This document shows positions 50,544 through 64,000 of a stretch of DNA of 64,000 nt, one piece after another. Every line of letters starts with the position of its first letter. Position 1 is the first letter of the stretch. The stretch is taken from the NCBI GenBank assembly GCA_002633005.1, contig NMRA01000140.1, positions 1 to 64,000 of the forward strand, read 5' to 3'. The stretch comes from Phoronis australis. Its lineage: Eukaryota; Animalia; Phoronida. The notes below the pieces were generated by a model. It saw only the letters and a program-made list of their open reading frames with translations, searched no databases and had not been told where the DNA came from. A program made the position numbers and the translations under genes.

Positions 50544-52084
50544 ATCGCTGTGGCTGGGAGACTGGTAAGCTCCACATAGTCACCTGTCTGTTTCCAATCA
50601 TGTATCTTACTATTCAGATGAAAATGTTGATTGTGAGAGTATTTGTTAAAGCTAATAGCATTTTAAAGACTCCAGCTACTTCCAGAATGAGTCCGTCTGC
50701 CTTTGAGAAGTACGTACAGTAATGTGACTTCGATAATTTAGCTACGGTTCAGCGTAATTTGCAGAAAGTCTTCTGTTGTACAGGATAGATGTATGACACT
50801 GCCTATCAAGCTGTTCAACTGAATTTTTGACCGATAAGTAAAGTGTGCTAAAGGTTATGCATCAGTTACTCAAAGGTAACTGATTGACTAAGTACCATGC
50901 CAAAACTTGCAATATCTCCCTTTCAATTTTTCCCTAAGTGTGAAAGTTGCAGGTCACCTGACCAAAAATGTTATAACCTTGACCATAAGAAGAAGTGGAT
51001 GTCGGCGGATATTTTTGACAAGTTAATTTCAGTGGAAATTGGATTGAATTTAACGTAATTACAAGAATAAAGGAGCAAAGAACATTGAAAAGGACAAAGT
51101 TTATTGACAGATAAGTCTGTAGCTGGGCTGACTGGTTTTCAGTGTATTTTCAATCAACAGATTTCGCCAACGCCTTGCGACAACTATTGGTTTTGGCAAG
51201 TTATTCATGAGGACCATCAGGGGGCAGCGTTTGTAGTCCATCTTGGCTTGACTTTTGCTTAGGTCATTGATTAAGTTCAACTACAGTTCAGGGAGGCATA
51301 GCTAGAACTAGAAGTCTCATACTTTTACAACACTCTTCGCAGTTATGAGGAACAGGAGTGTCACGACTGGCCGGGGTCCTACTTCTTCAGGTCTGACTGT
51401 GTATCCCTGGTGGCTAGGAATGACACTAGCTGGATCTACGGTATTCTCCAGTCTTGTGAGGTCGTGTGGATGCGCGCACCCAGCCTTTAATATGGGGGGC
51501 TCGAATCTCTGATAAAGTGGACCTTCTGCTAACAAAAAATGCGAGAGGGCTAAAAAAAGGGTACCACCATCAGGTCTGTGAACTGTGCGTCTGCACCTTT
51601 ATAGTGGACTTTTGTCTCGTTTTCTCGGACTTTTGTTTCTCTGAGGCAGACCTTTTTACCCAGTTTGCCAAATGGGGGGCTTGAATGAGACCCCGAGCCC
51701 CCTTGGGTGTGCGCATGGTGTGTAATACCATCTGGTTGTGGGTTGGAGTGTATGTGGTCGTCAGTGAACAAGAATCTACCTATTCAGTGCTGGATCTGAA
51801 CACAGGTCTCAGGTGTGTGAGTCTTACGACTAGTCGGCCACAAAGAGCGATAGGGCGGTGCCAGATTACGCAGCAAAAAAATTCTGCAACATCCTCAAGT
51901 AGCCATTTTTATTTCTTATGTTATTTGTTGATGCCTTGCTTTTTTCATGTTTTTCTCGCCTTCGTTAACTGTATTAAACCTGTCAGTGCCTGCAGAGTTT
52001 TACTGTTGTGCTGTGAGCTGCCATTTCGACGTCAAAAAGTGATACATTATAGAAGTATTCATGGATGTGATATTTTCCAATGTG

Positions 52085-55000
52085 AATTCCATCTGATCCT
52101 GTTGCCCACTGGCGAGCTGCTCTGAGAGGCCCTTTGTCGCCCAGGAAGTGTCGTACTTTCACAACACAGCGGAGCCTAATTTCGAAAACTAGTTTTCGTT
52201 TAATCGTCTTTTCATTCAGTGTTATCCTGTGGCTCAAAGTGCGTGGACGATAATTTTGTGAACAAGTTTCACCTACTGAATGATGCTAGTCTATTAAAAT
52301 CATTTTTTACCTGCTTCTCAAAATCTTTGGCAGTTGACCTAAACGCCCGTGCTTTAAAACAATGCTATTATGTAATTCAACAGCTAAACCTCATTAACCT
52401 ATCACTTCATTGACAGCTATTTGGTTTTGAAGAGCTTGTAAACAGTAGAGTATTTTTTCAAAACGCAATAATTTGCTGTGTCTTGTTTTTTACATGATGT
52501 TTTTTGGCAAAAATTGTTAGTCTACTAAATTTGACCAAATATTATGATGCGTTGTCTTATTTTTATTATTTAATTTTGAGCTCCAGTTTCCTTGTTCCTC
52601 TTTTACGAAAAAGAAGTTTCTCTTGTCTTACATTGGTGAAATTTTATGTTGAATAAATTTGTTGGGCTTGTTACCTTTTTCAACATTGAATTCCAAACTT
52701 TGGAAAATCTTGGTGACCATTGCTCTTCAAGCTTGAATAAAATTGCTGATAATTCGTGCTGTCTTTGGCAAATTCTCTCACCAAGCAAAATCGTTTTCTC
52801 AACAACGGGTAATATAAGTAAACTTGCATGACCTGTTCCCATGTGGCAGTGTAGCTCGTGTATTGCTGTCAAATGTGTTAAAATTATGTGTGCCACGTAA
52901 GCCACCTTGCTGGCAATGTTATATGAAATTATTGCAGAACCTTGAATAAGGTATTCAGTTGTAGGCAGGTATTCAGTTGTAGGCCCCAAGGGATTTGGTG
53001 TGAAAGCTTGGACTCAGCATCTCACAATTTAGCGTGACTAATCTTGCCAGCTTGGATGACTTTAGTACTAATTATCAGTCCCAAATACTCTTAAGTTGTT
53101 ATTTAGAGTGAGAATCAATGGATAATTCTGACATGTCAATCAAGCCATTAATTCCAGGGTGCCAACGTTTTTTTGCGAACGAATAAACAGAAAGATCGTT
53201 TTTCAATGAGCTTGGGACATTTACAGTGGAGATCAATGGTTTACGTAGAACAAACAAGGAAAAGTGCTTTTGTGATATAAAAACACATGGTAGACATGGC
53301 GATCAGCGCAATATACGTCCGGGAGTATACGCTAGAATAAATGAGCTCAAAGTGAATCACCGTACGTGACTCTGTTCAGTTAATTGCGAATAACAAATCC
53401 GAAGGGAAAAGTCGTGTGTCGGTTTACTTATCAACAGTAAGGTTTTCCCGTTTCAGTCTAGATCTGCCTGTCAGTATGATTGGTTGTCGGAAGACTGGTT
53501 ATTACTCTAGTGAATACGCTGCTTCTATACAATAGCCATGCCCTCAATGTCCTTACGTCCTTATCTACAGGGTGTGCAGAGTGTCCAAATAGAGTTCTTA
53601 CATGCCTGACCACTGGTCAGTCCTCATACCTAAGGCTCGCGCTAATCGTTCACCTGGTCGGCAGTTAGCAAAGCCAANTAGAATCAACCCGACACTTGTG
53701 AAAAGGTGCCACACATGTTATCCTATCTCCAAGATAAAAAATTCCGTCTGATCCTGTTGCCCACTGGCGAGCTGCTCTGAGAGGCCCTTTGTCACCCAGG
53801 AAGTGTCGTACTTTCACAACACAGCGGAGCCTAATTTCGAAAACTAATTTTCGTTTAATCGTCTTTTCATTCAGTGTTATCCTGGGGCTCAAAGTGCGTG
53901 GATGATAATTTTGAGAACAAGTTTCACCTACTGAATGATGCTAGTCTATTAAATTGATTTTTTACCTGCTTCTAAAAATCTTTGGCAGTTGACCTAAACG
54001 TCCGTGCTTTAAAACAATGCTATTATGTAATTCAACAGCAAAACCTCATTAACCTATCACTTCGTTGACAGCTATTTCGTTTTGAAGAGCTTGTAAACAG
54101 TAGAGTATTTTTTCAAAACGCAGTAATTTGCTGTGTTTTGTTTTTTACATGATGTTTTTTGGCAAAAATTGTTATTCTACTAAATTTGACCAAATATTAT
54201 GATGCGTTGTCTTATTTTTATTATTTAATTCTGAGCTCCAGTTTCCTTGTTCCTCTTTTACAAAAAAGAAGTTTCTCTTGTCTTACATTGGTGAAATTTT
54301 ATGTTGAATAAATTTGTTGGGCTCGTTACCTTTTTCAACATTGAATTCCAAACTTTGGAAAATCTTGGTGACCATTGCTCTTCAAGCTTGAATAAGATTG
54401 CTGATAATTCGTGCTGTCTTTGGCAAATTCTCTCACCAAGCAAAATCGTTTTCTCAACAAAGGTTAATGTAAGTAAACTTGCATGACCTGTTCTCATGTG
54501 GCAGCGTAGCTCGTGTATTGCTGTCAAATGTGGTAAAAACCTTGCTAGCAATGTTATTTGAAATTATTGCAGAACCTTGAATAAGGTATTCAGTTGTAGG
54601 CCCCAAGGGATTTGGTGTGAAAGCTTGGACTCAGCATCTCACAATTTAGCGTGACTAATCTTGCCAGCTTGGATGACTTTAGTACTAATTATCAGTCCCA
54701 AATACTCTTAAGTTGTTATTTAGAGTGAGAATCAATGGATAATTCTGACATGTCAATCAAGCCATTAATTCCAGGGTGCCAACGTTTTTTTGCGAACGAA
54801 TAAACAGAAAGATCGTTTTTCAATGAGCTTGGGACATTTACAGTGGAGATCAATGGTTTACGTAGAACAAACAAGGAAAAGTGCTTTTGTGATATAAAAA
54901 CACATGGTAGACATGGCGATCAGCGCAATATACGTCCGGGAGTATACGCTAGAATAAATGAGCTCAAAGTGAATCACCGTACGTGACTCTGTTCAGTTAA

Positions 55001-55294
55001 TTGCGAATAACAAATCCGAAGGGAAAAGTCGTGTGTCGGTTTACTTATCAACAGTAAGGTTTTCCCGTTTCAGTCTAGATCTGCCTGTCAGTATGATTGG
55101 TTGTCGGAAGACTGGTTATTACTCTAGTGAATACGCTGCTTCTATACAATAGCCATGCCCTCAATGTCCTTACGTCCTTATCTACAGGGTGTGCAGAGTG
55201 TCCAAATAGAGTTCTTACATGCCTGACCACTGGTCAGTCCTCATACCTAAGGCTCGCGCTAATCGTTCACCTGGTCGGCAGTTAGCAAAGCCAA
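52085..55294. repeat. About 1.6-kb direct duplication (52085-53677 and 53740-55294) across N53678; probable uncollapsed haplotypes
   Basis: The distal 700 bp or so look identical. The proximal part has many SNPs and two indels of about 20 nt. Copy 1 ends exactly at the N. Confidence 0.85.
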
Positions 55295-55844
55295 TTTCGC
55301 AAATACCGCGTAACTAATTGATAAAACTTTTGTGTTCACTCTCAGTTGGCGTGGATCAAGTCCGAGCAGCTTCCACCTATTTTTGTTTTGTTTTCAATAC
55401 CTGAAAGTAGTAACTAGTCAGCGTGCAAAGGTGCAATTTTATTAACCGTACTCCCCGGAAAGTGCGATTTCGTAGCTGGATTGGAGTTCTGTATAGAGCT
55501 ACAGTAAATTTTGATATGGGAGATGAAGAAATTCCACACATTTTTCTTTTGGTTATTGGTTATTATTGGAGTCAAATATAGATATGCAATTTTATTAACT
55601 TTTTTGGTCACATTATGTGTACCTGTTGTGATTCGAATGGCCTCTACCAGTTGAAAAGACTTACTTTTAAAGCACCTGTGTACCATTCAGAGATTTTTGA
55701 TATCGGATTCTAACTTATGAATTGGACCACTTGCAATACTGTTATGAACTTAGCTGCAACTTGGTTTTTACATATATCGAATTGAAAATCGGTGGGCCTC
55801 CTGGATAAGAACAGACAAATCATTGTATTGACAACTCGGCAAAA

Positions 55845-55915
55845 GTCACGGCATTTTGAGAACCAGTGTGACGCTCGTTCTTCAATGTAGAAAACTGGTT
55901 CTCAAAATGCGGGAC
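55845..55915. repeat. Short palindromic element (GAGAACCAG-arm family), copy 3
   Basis: Perfect 17-bp inverted repeat gcattttgagaaccagt / actggttctcaaaatgc with a 26-nt spacer. Confidence 0.8.
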
Positions 55916-57723
55916 GCTTGTTATTGACAATTACCGGCAATTTAATAATCTGGTTTTTCGTGACGTAACCCGCCTGCCTGAAATCACAGCTGCCATGCGA
56001 TTTTTAAGGCCTAACGTGAACACATTTCCTTAAAGGATTGTAATTGAGTTATCCGAGATCTCCTGATAGTGGATTCAAGAAGATTTTGTTATGTTTGCTT
56101 GATGGAGACTAGTTTAGCTCTTGTATCCTCATGCTAGATGGAGTATCAGCATGTGACCAAAAATAAAAGGTGTAGTCACTACAACAATGCATTTCATCAA
56201 AAATGGGGTGTTGAGGAATGGGCTGACTAAGTCTTTGGCTAACAACTTTTCAAAATGGCTTAAAGATTTCTGAAGTTTTAGATGGTTTTGGGTCTAATTC
56301 TTTTTTAAAGTCTAGGTCGACCCCAGACACATTACAGTTGATGATCGTGCTATGGAAATTTCTTGGAAGTATGATTCACAGCGTTCATGAAAATTTACAA
56401 ACTAACTAATGTTATGTCCATGCCAGGAAAACCCCTTTACAATAACATGACGTCAATAAATATCCCTCATGTTGTAGGTTACAGCAAGAGTTCACTCATT
56501 AAATTAAATGCTTGGCATCTATCTGATCATCAGCAAGAGTTCTTTGAATGTCCAGTATTTTTGCAAGAAAAATAACGGAACGTCATATGGGAAGAGTCAT
56601 GAAAAATGAAAACACATCCTGGATGTCATGTGATTAATATTAGAAACATGGGGAAGTTTTAGAGTTATGGGTTTTTAGTCATAGGTCAAACAAAGATTTT
56701 TCTTGGAGGTATGTCTGATGTTTTAGTCAATTGTACACTGCTTTTGAATGTATTAACACGATGGGAATATGACGTTCTATGGATGTATCATTTTAGTAAG
56801 GGACCATGGGTGTTATGCAGCCGGGGGAGTTGCAGACAGTAGATCGACTTGCTCCAGCCAGTGTGGTGCATAATTGTAGATGAATGTTACCTTTTTGAAG
56901 GCGCTTTTGGTCAATTTGACATATTTTACTCCTTGTGAAAGGTATTTTGAACCTTTGTATTAGATTGTTATAAAGACGGAATTATCTCTTCACGGCAAAA
57001 GTGTGCCGAACAGTGCAAACACTGGGTGTCTGATTGTTTGAAGTACTATTGTATTAGTTTCATTACTGTATTGGCATCACTTGTCTAGTCAAATGGCAAA
57101 ATTGTTATGTGCTGGGGTTAGGATTGAAAATAAGCTAATATCTGGGGTATTGTGCATAGTTATTAGAATGGAAAAGTGAGACAACAAGGTTTGTTGGACA
57201 GGTTGACATTTTCACAACATGATAATGCATCACACTTTTGGTTTAGGAACGGACATTTTATTGATTTCATTTTCATGGAAATTGGCTATTAAAAGGTTCA
57301 AAGTACCTTTTATAACAAGTAAAATGTGCCAAATTGACTAGAAATACCTTCCTTTAAAAAGGCAATCTTCCCTTTTGTTTCACATTTGTTGTAAAAATAC
57401 CAGTTTGTTCAATGGTACATTCAATACCGGGTGGTAAGAGACATCATATTGTGAGTTATCACACAATTTCTGATGTGTAGGAAGGATGTGAAGTCTGTTC
57501 TTCAATATTCCTGGCGACGACGCTGTTCGTGAATTTGATCTTTTCACTTTCAGCGCTTGTGGCCAGTACATGATCTCTTTCCATAACAGCTGACATGCTT
57601 TCAGTGATATTTAGTTTATTATGTCACCATGATGAGCTAAGTCAACCTTAGAATGAGGTATGTTGAGCAAGCCTGAAACATCTAAACAAATGTTGCCTAG
57701 TAATTCTCTTTGTCTATTTTCAG

Positions 57724-57765
57724 ACTCCCAGCACAGATGATATGCTTGTAGATGACGATCAAACG
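57724..57765 (+). CDS. RPS6KA: RSK (RPS6KA-like) coding exon 2; kinase-domain exons lie beyond the window
   Basis: Strong acceptor ttctctttgtctattttcag, then TPSTDDMLVDDDQT|gtgagg. 42 nt, phase 0-0, acidic and ending in QT like the matching RSK2 segment. Confidence 0.7.
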
Positions 57766-60700
57766 GTGAGGCAATTATCTTTGTAACGTGTAATTGGTTG
57801 AATTCTGGTGATCAGTTAAAGCCAAGCGTGGACCATGGCATTGTTGTATGAGACAAATGTCCATTGTGGTCCTACAAGATTATAAAATTTCATATAAAAG
57901 TTGACACTTATGGGAGAGTATCATGGTGGAGAGCTCACCTCTGTGCAGGGTGTTGTTGAAAAGTCAAATGAGCCATTCACACATTTCCACATGATCACTT
58001 GTCAAAGATAATATATACTGTGACTGGCTAACAGCTGAGGTCGTACAATTTTTCCAAGCAAAACTGGATGCCTTTTGTCTCAAATAACAAATTATATCCC
58101 AATTTTTGACAATCACATTGTGAACCTGGGAGAGTGCGTTGATGACTTCTGTTGCTGAAATCCTTGCAGAAAATCAGATTTTGTTTTCAGTTAATGATTT
58201 CAGCATTTTTGTTTAGTTTGTTCCCGCACCACCAGAATCATTTGCAAGTGAAAATTGATGTCATAAAAGCATGTTCACTCTCAGCAGTATGAAGCGATAA
58301 AGAATCATATCCCGTGGGCATGTGTGTCCATTGAAGTAAGGGTCTGGTTGCTACACAAGTGCTAGGGAAATTGTCAGTAGTTTTAGGTTAACTGGAACTG
58401 CCAACTAAGGGCAAGCTAAGTGTCCGTTGCGACCATTTACATTTCTGGCATTTTCGCTGTGAGTGAAAATGCTAGGAGAACATTAGCGCTTTAGCCTGTT
58501 TGTGAACAGCGTGTGCTTGGAACGTAGGACAGTTTTTGATGGAAGTTCCTGAAATTCAAACACAAATAATTGTCAAAATTGTCGTTTTCCCATTTTCAAA
58601 AGCTCACCTTATTTTTAAAACGCTCAAAATTTCATCTTGTGTTTGTTGGTGACAGCTGCACAATATAAAATGAAAATAATGGCGTTAAGTTACATTCATT
58701 TTAACTTTTGTTGAAATTGATGACAATATGAAATCTCACTGCCATCTTGTGCTCTAAATTGAAAAGAAAAATACCTTACTTGAAATGGTAAGTGAAAAAC
58801 CATTGATATATAAACTGTATCAATTTACAAAAAGTCTTTTGCATGTCACTTATTGCACAAAATTTGTATTCCCTTGACAAACGTGTTTAATGACCTGTTT
58901 TTGTGTGTAGTATCTTTTCGATACGTCTCACAGAAACTCAACAAGTCTTCTTCCCATGAAATTACCTTCATGTCATGCAAAATATAATTTACAAAATCCT
59001 TCGATTCCTGATTTGATTTTTAACATTTCTCTGGTCATCCTTTAAACTAACACTGCGCTGAAGCACTGAGAATTACTTGGTCAGGTTGTGAAAATTACAC
59101 ATCCCTGTTAAAAATAGCTCAAGTCTCCCTCTAGTATAGTTCGTCTAGAATTTTTTGAAACTGTGACGAGACGACTACGTAAGCGAATGTATTTATCGCA
59201 GATAAAAGCTGTAACACAGGCCATAGAACACTTTATCTTGTACTACATGCGGGAGACCTTACAAAGGGCAGGAAATCCACGTATCCTCGACTTAGGCTAT
59301 TTATTGATCACAGTTACAAGAACATGGTCTACATACCAGTCCCCACTCAGTGACAAGCTTACAATGTTCTTTTGATGGGTAGTGCAAGCGTAGTTAAATG
59401 TTACGTAAAGTAGGTGTTGCCCACTGCAACTTAGACAGGTGTGAAAACGCTATTTTAATTAGTTTACAGTAGGATGCATAATTAGCATTTTAGTTTGCTC
59501 TACTGAGGAGTTAAAGTTAATCTTTATGGATTAATGCAACATACAAATAAATGGGTTACTCACTGGTTCTTAGTGCTGGTATTATAATTGAGTAGAAGTA
59601 GTTCTGCAGATTTGTGTCTAAATTTCAGAGCATTCCTCTAAACTTCAGTATGGAACCAGCTGTTGTAAGTCCAAATCCCCAGACCTGTGTCCCTGAACTC
59701 CACAGTCACAGAAAGTCTTCCATACACGGTGACCAAACTCCATTCCGGGGACCAGTGAATGGAGCATTTTTAGTGCATGTGTGGAGTTCAGTAGGTCTGG
59801 GATCATCTGTACCTCTGTGGGTGTATTGCAGGAGGAGTAGCACTTTAAGAATGATAGTTGGAATTTGAGGCATGGCCATTGAATCTGTTTCCACTGCTGA
59901 TAATAATGTTACCAATTATGCAAAGTAATTGAAATGTGGAATCTCTGTGTCAACACAATCAACATCATGGAAATGGAAGGTGTGGATGATTTGATATTTT
60001 AATGCCTTACAGTGTTCTACTCTACATGTTTCAATGTGTAGCCATTATCTGTTCGCCAGCATTTGCGACACATTTAAAACTCTCCCGAGTTCCGATCTGT
60101 TTGAAAAAACAGTGACCAGTTTGGCATCACCATCATTAGCAGTGTGCTCGCTGCTTCAAATTAGATTTTATGACCACTGACCACTGACCATGGCTGATTC
60201 AAGTACATCAGGTAAATGTGCACTTAAGATAGTACAACTGCAAGGACATTTGCTCCACGGAGAACGTCAGCTGCCCTGCGGCTCTGGCAGGTTTGGGCGT
60301 TGAGTTGAATGAACACATGCTTTGTATTCAAGTACCGTGTGAACGGTGCTTGAAGTCGTGAAGTCAAACTCAATTTGAAAGTCAGTCTATCTTTAGAATT
60401 CTGCTTGACATGCTTTCTGAGTAATAAGGCAATTTTTAAAAATTCCAAATAAGGCATTTGATTTTGATTTATTTCCATACTGTTGCGTTTTGAACGCTGC
60501 CCATCATACCTGCGAGTTAACGACCCAAACACAAGTCTGGAGTAAGCATGAGTGTATAGTGTGACTGATATCTTGTCACCTCTCTGTAAAGGTGTTATAA
60601 AGCTCCTTCGGTCAAAGGAACTTGCTCTTGGTTTATCCCTCGCACCGTTAGAAATGTTGGTCCGCACTCAGATAGTGATTTCTTGGCTTGTAAAGAGTGT

Positions 60701-63461
60701 AAACACCTGCCCTTGAGACGCTGCTCAACACCTGTAGTGCTGTGACAATCCAACGTTTTAAGCTCGATCTCGTACAGCCACAGACTGTTGGTCCTTCCCC
60801 AGCCTAGAATTAACCGCTAAATTGAATTATGGACAAATTGAGACCCCTTTTATTATTATAGGTGGTCTGAATTGAAATTCATTGATGAAATCCGGTTTCA
60901 GCTTAAGAATGATGCCGACGGTCAGAAGACTAGGCACGTTTTGCTGTAAAAGTAGATTAGGAAAGGTCGATAAGAATAATTCTCAATTCCTAACATGACT
61001 TGTATCGTCAAAACCTTGTCTTGCGTGTTTTTTTTTTGGGAAACTGTAGCTTTTAATTTATCAAATCAGTCTGAAACCAGTCATGGCTAAAGTATCAATC
61101 ATGTATGTGTTGCCATGTTTTATACGTGGTATTACTATTTAAAGAGTATTAGTGTCCAATTGAAACTCTTGGGAGTAACCACGTCAATATCATGCATACT
61201 GATTTTCAAATGCCAGAACACAACAGTGTATTAGTGTTGTGAAAAGGCCTTGTCCTTGTGTGGGATATAAAACATCTGAATGGTACTGTGATTTTGTGCA
61301 CCTAACTCTGCACAGGCGAGGCACCGCTCGTGGCCATGTGGTTGCCACCATGATTACAGTATTCAACCAGTAACGGAAGTCTGTTTTTTGTTTTTGATGA
61401 AATTTAATGAGACTGCATTTTTTTGGGCTATTTTTGCTGTCGTGTCCGACCATTGTTTTGTTGTGAATTGACGTAGTTGTGTCTTGTGTCACGTTCTGTG
61501 TTATGGGATATAAAGGCATTCCTGGGTGAATATTTATGAACACAGGGTTGGTTGTCTGCATTTTGGTGCTACCTGTGTTCGTAACTTTTTCTGGATACCA
61601 TGACTGACCTAAGGTAAACGTCCTTATAGTTTCATATTTGAAATCCCGCTCAGTTGAGCTAGGATATTGGAAGGGGTGGCACTACCCTGCGGGTTTTTAT
61701 TTTTCGGTTGTGCCTGTAGGGGGAGGCCTGGACATTCTGTCCGTAATTCTAATTTTTACCTATCTGTCAGTGGATATGTGTAAGTACCACTGCTTCGTCG
61801 AAAAGCAAGACAGATTTCCATTACTATTTTATTTAATTAGCCATTGCATATTTCGGGGCTTGACACTTACCATGTCAACTCGCCAAATGCGATCAGTGGT
61901 TGGGGTTTAATGTTAGTACTTAAAATCAAATTTGAAGTTATTTTTGGCATTTCTGTTCTACATTTTTATGCAAACTCAGTAAGTGTCTATTACTCTCTGC
62001 ATGACTACATTATGCGTTTGAGTTTATTGTTCAAACTCGCACTTTGTGACCTCTAGAATCGAGATTCAAATATGAGTTAAACTTGAGATTCCTACTAAAA
62101 ATTTTAAATTTCAAGTTGACTTGAACTTTTAGCCTTAACGCCAGGGTCATCAAGTGCAAACCAGGATTAGACAGTTATCCTCTAAGTGGTTATATACTGG
62201 AGGATACATTAACACACTCATCTTGAGTTTCCTATAAAAATAGAATAGAAAATGAGTAGGGATTTTTTTCCAGGTCGCCAAACATAATCTCAGGTCACAT
62301 TGACAAGCTGCAGGTCACCAAATCTAGCCCTGTAGATATACCAGCAGTGGACATGTTCTGAACACTCTGTTGGTGTTAGAAGAAACACATTGTTTATAAA
62401 ATAGTTCAAGCCTGTTTGCAAGCAGATACTAAACAATTTTTCTAACCTCTCTAATGTGCATTATCTTCAGAGTTGGTGTCCGTTATGCATTTAATAATTA
62501 TATGAAAGCAGAGAGCGAATATTTCTGGCCTCAAATGTTTACTGATGGATAGCAGCTGCACCCATGTCAGTGGTCATAATTTACACACCATGTGACCAGC
62601 CTGAGGTCACAAAGTCATGTCCAATTACCAATGTGTCTGTTGTGGGTCATACACTCAGTGTTGCAAGTCCTTTAGAACTTAGTTTTTCAATTGTAAAATT
62701 GGTAAAAAAATTGACCTGACTACTGGCTCACTTACCTAAACCACTTGGCAATATTATGGTACCATCAGTTAAAAGTAACCAGAATTCCATATTATTATCA
62801 TTATGAAAATTCACATTTATCTTCCAACTGGGAAGAGGACATGTAACGATCAATGTTTGGACGGTGCCAACTGCTTTGGCGCCTCCTAGTAGCAGTTTTG
62901 TTCTTGTTGCGTCCGTGGCTGTTTCTCCTAAACCCTCTACAAGGTCATTAAAGTTGGCAACAGTACTTGTGTGGAGGTGATAATGGATGACGACGACATT
63001 GGGATGGATCCGACGGCATTTGGGTGGATCCGACGACATTCGGATAGATCCGACTCCTGCTGTGCTCCTTGTAGGAATTTCGTTTTTCTCCGTTTTCCTC
63101 TGTATCATTGGAGTTCAATGGTGGATGTTTATGAACTTTGGCCTATAGGTTTTTGTTAATGAGGCCATGGCACCTTTTTCGTCATCAAATGGATTTGACG
63201 TAGTGTACACCTCCTAGTGGCAGTTTTTTATTATGTTTTAGATTGGTTTTAGCGTCCATTTCTCTGTCGGCCAAAACAGTCTAAGAATCGCTTGTATTTG
63301 TGCTATCTGTGATGTACACGGCGGGCGCATATTAATGCTTCGCGTTGCTCTTGTTAATGTTATTTTCATGGAAATCATAGAAACTGTCCATTCATGTTTT
63401 TTTAGTTTCTGATTCTAAATCCCTTCTGTATCATAAACAAACTCGATTTTGTGTACAGAAA

Positions 63462-63540
63462 TCTTATTTGTAGTCCCAGAAAGGAAATCTGCGCATTAAT
63501 TCTTATTTGTAGTCCCAGAAAGGAAATCTGCGCATTAATT
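63462..63540. repeat. 39-bp exact tandem duplication
   Basis: tcttatttgtagtcccagaaaggaaatctgcgcattaat occurs twice. Confidence 0.9.
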
Positions 63541-64000
63541 AGTAATGTTTTCTCTGTTCAATAAAATTGGGACAAATTCCTTGCTCTGCATGCACTTTTC
63601 ACCTTTTACTCAAAAACCAATTGATGGTAGACATCCTCTATTGCAGTTCTTGTTGAGTTTAATTGGGCAACCATAGACATGTGTTTATACAATTGGCTTG
63701 GTGAACTTGGGTAAAATCTCAGCAATCTTGAACATAAATAAATGCTGTATCATTTAGCAACTCTATACCATAGCCAACATCAGTCAATGTTTTAAGAAAT
63801 TCGCAACAATGTTAAGTGGAAAATGAAAAAAGGTCTATTTTTGGTCAAAATTGGTGAGATTTTAGCGTACAGAAAAACATGAGATATGTGACGGAAGATT
63901 TGGTTGAAGTTCATTCATGCACTACTGGGCTTGGTTACATAAAACTCAATGCTGTGCGTAGGTTTGATTCTTGCATCACTTCAAATGCATGGTTAACAAA

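Noticed and set aside
52603-55285. Duplicated short ORFs (128/97, 61 and 62 aa) as a gene pair
   Set aside because: They recur only because of the haplotype duplication, and no protein features were recognised.
60190-60211. ATGGCTGATTCAAGTACATCAG|gtaaat as an alternative RSK first exon
   Set aside because: The donor is phase 1 whereas the flanking RSK junction is phase 0; no other support.
60224-60667. 147-aa minus-strand ORF
   Set aside because: No recognisable motif or splice context; lies antisense within an RSK intron.

Overview
Intron-rich, AT-rich animal genomic DNA, probably from an invertebrate, in a draft assembly with single-N joins. No prokaryotic features, CRISPR arrays, rRNA or tRNA are recognisable. 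Three host genes can be reconstructed by hand. (1) A minus-strand secreted mucin-like gene: a signal-peptide exon at 11120-11174 plus a large exon at 7494-9687, carrying three copies of an unusual six-cysteine module ending in CPCTC that resembles ShKT but has different spacing. (2) A complete 15-exon ALDH16A1 gene (29626-44171, +, 825 aa) that keeps its catalytic Cys and Glu. (3) The first two coding exons of a p90 ribosomal S6 kinase (RSK/RPS6KA-type) gene (50085-50141 and 57724-57765, +), which continues beyond the window. An unidentified acidic ORF runs in from the left edge. The rest is intergenic or intronic DNA with decayed non-LTR retrotransposons, Tc1 and THAP remnants, MITEs (one with a 6-bp TSD) and minisatellites. 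Two duplications that straddle single N bases are most likely uncollapsed haplotypes. The best leads are the CPCTC module, a family of tiny palindromes with conserved arms and unrelated spacers, and tandem decoy copies of the ALDH16A1 exon-3 splice acceptor. All coordinates and translations were derived by eye; no database search was run.
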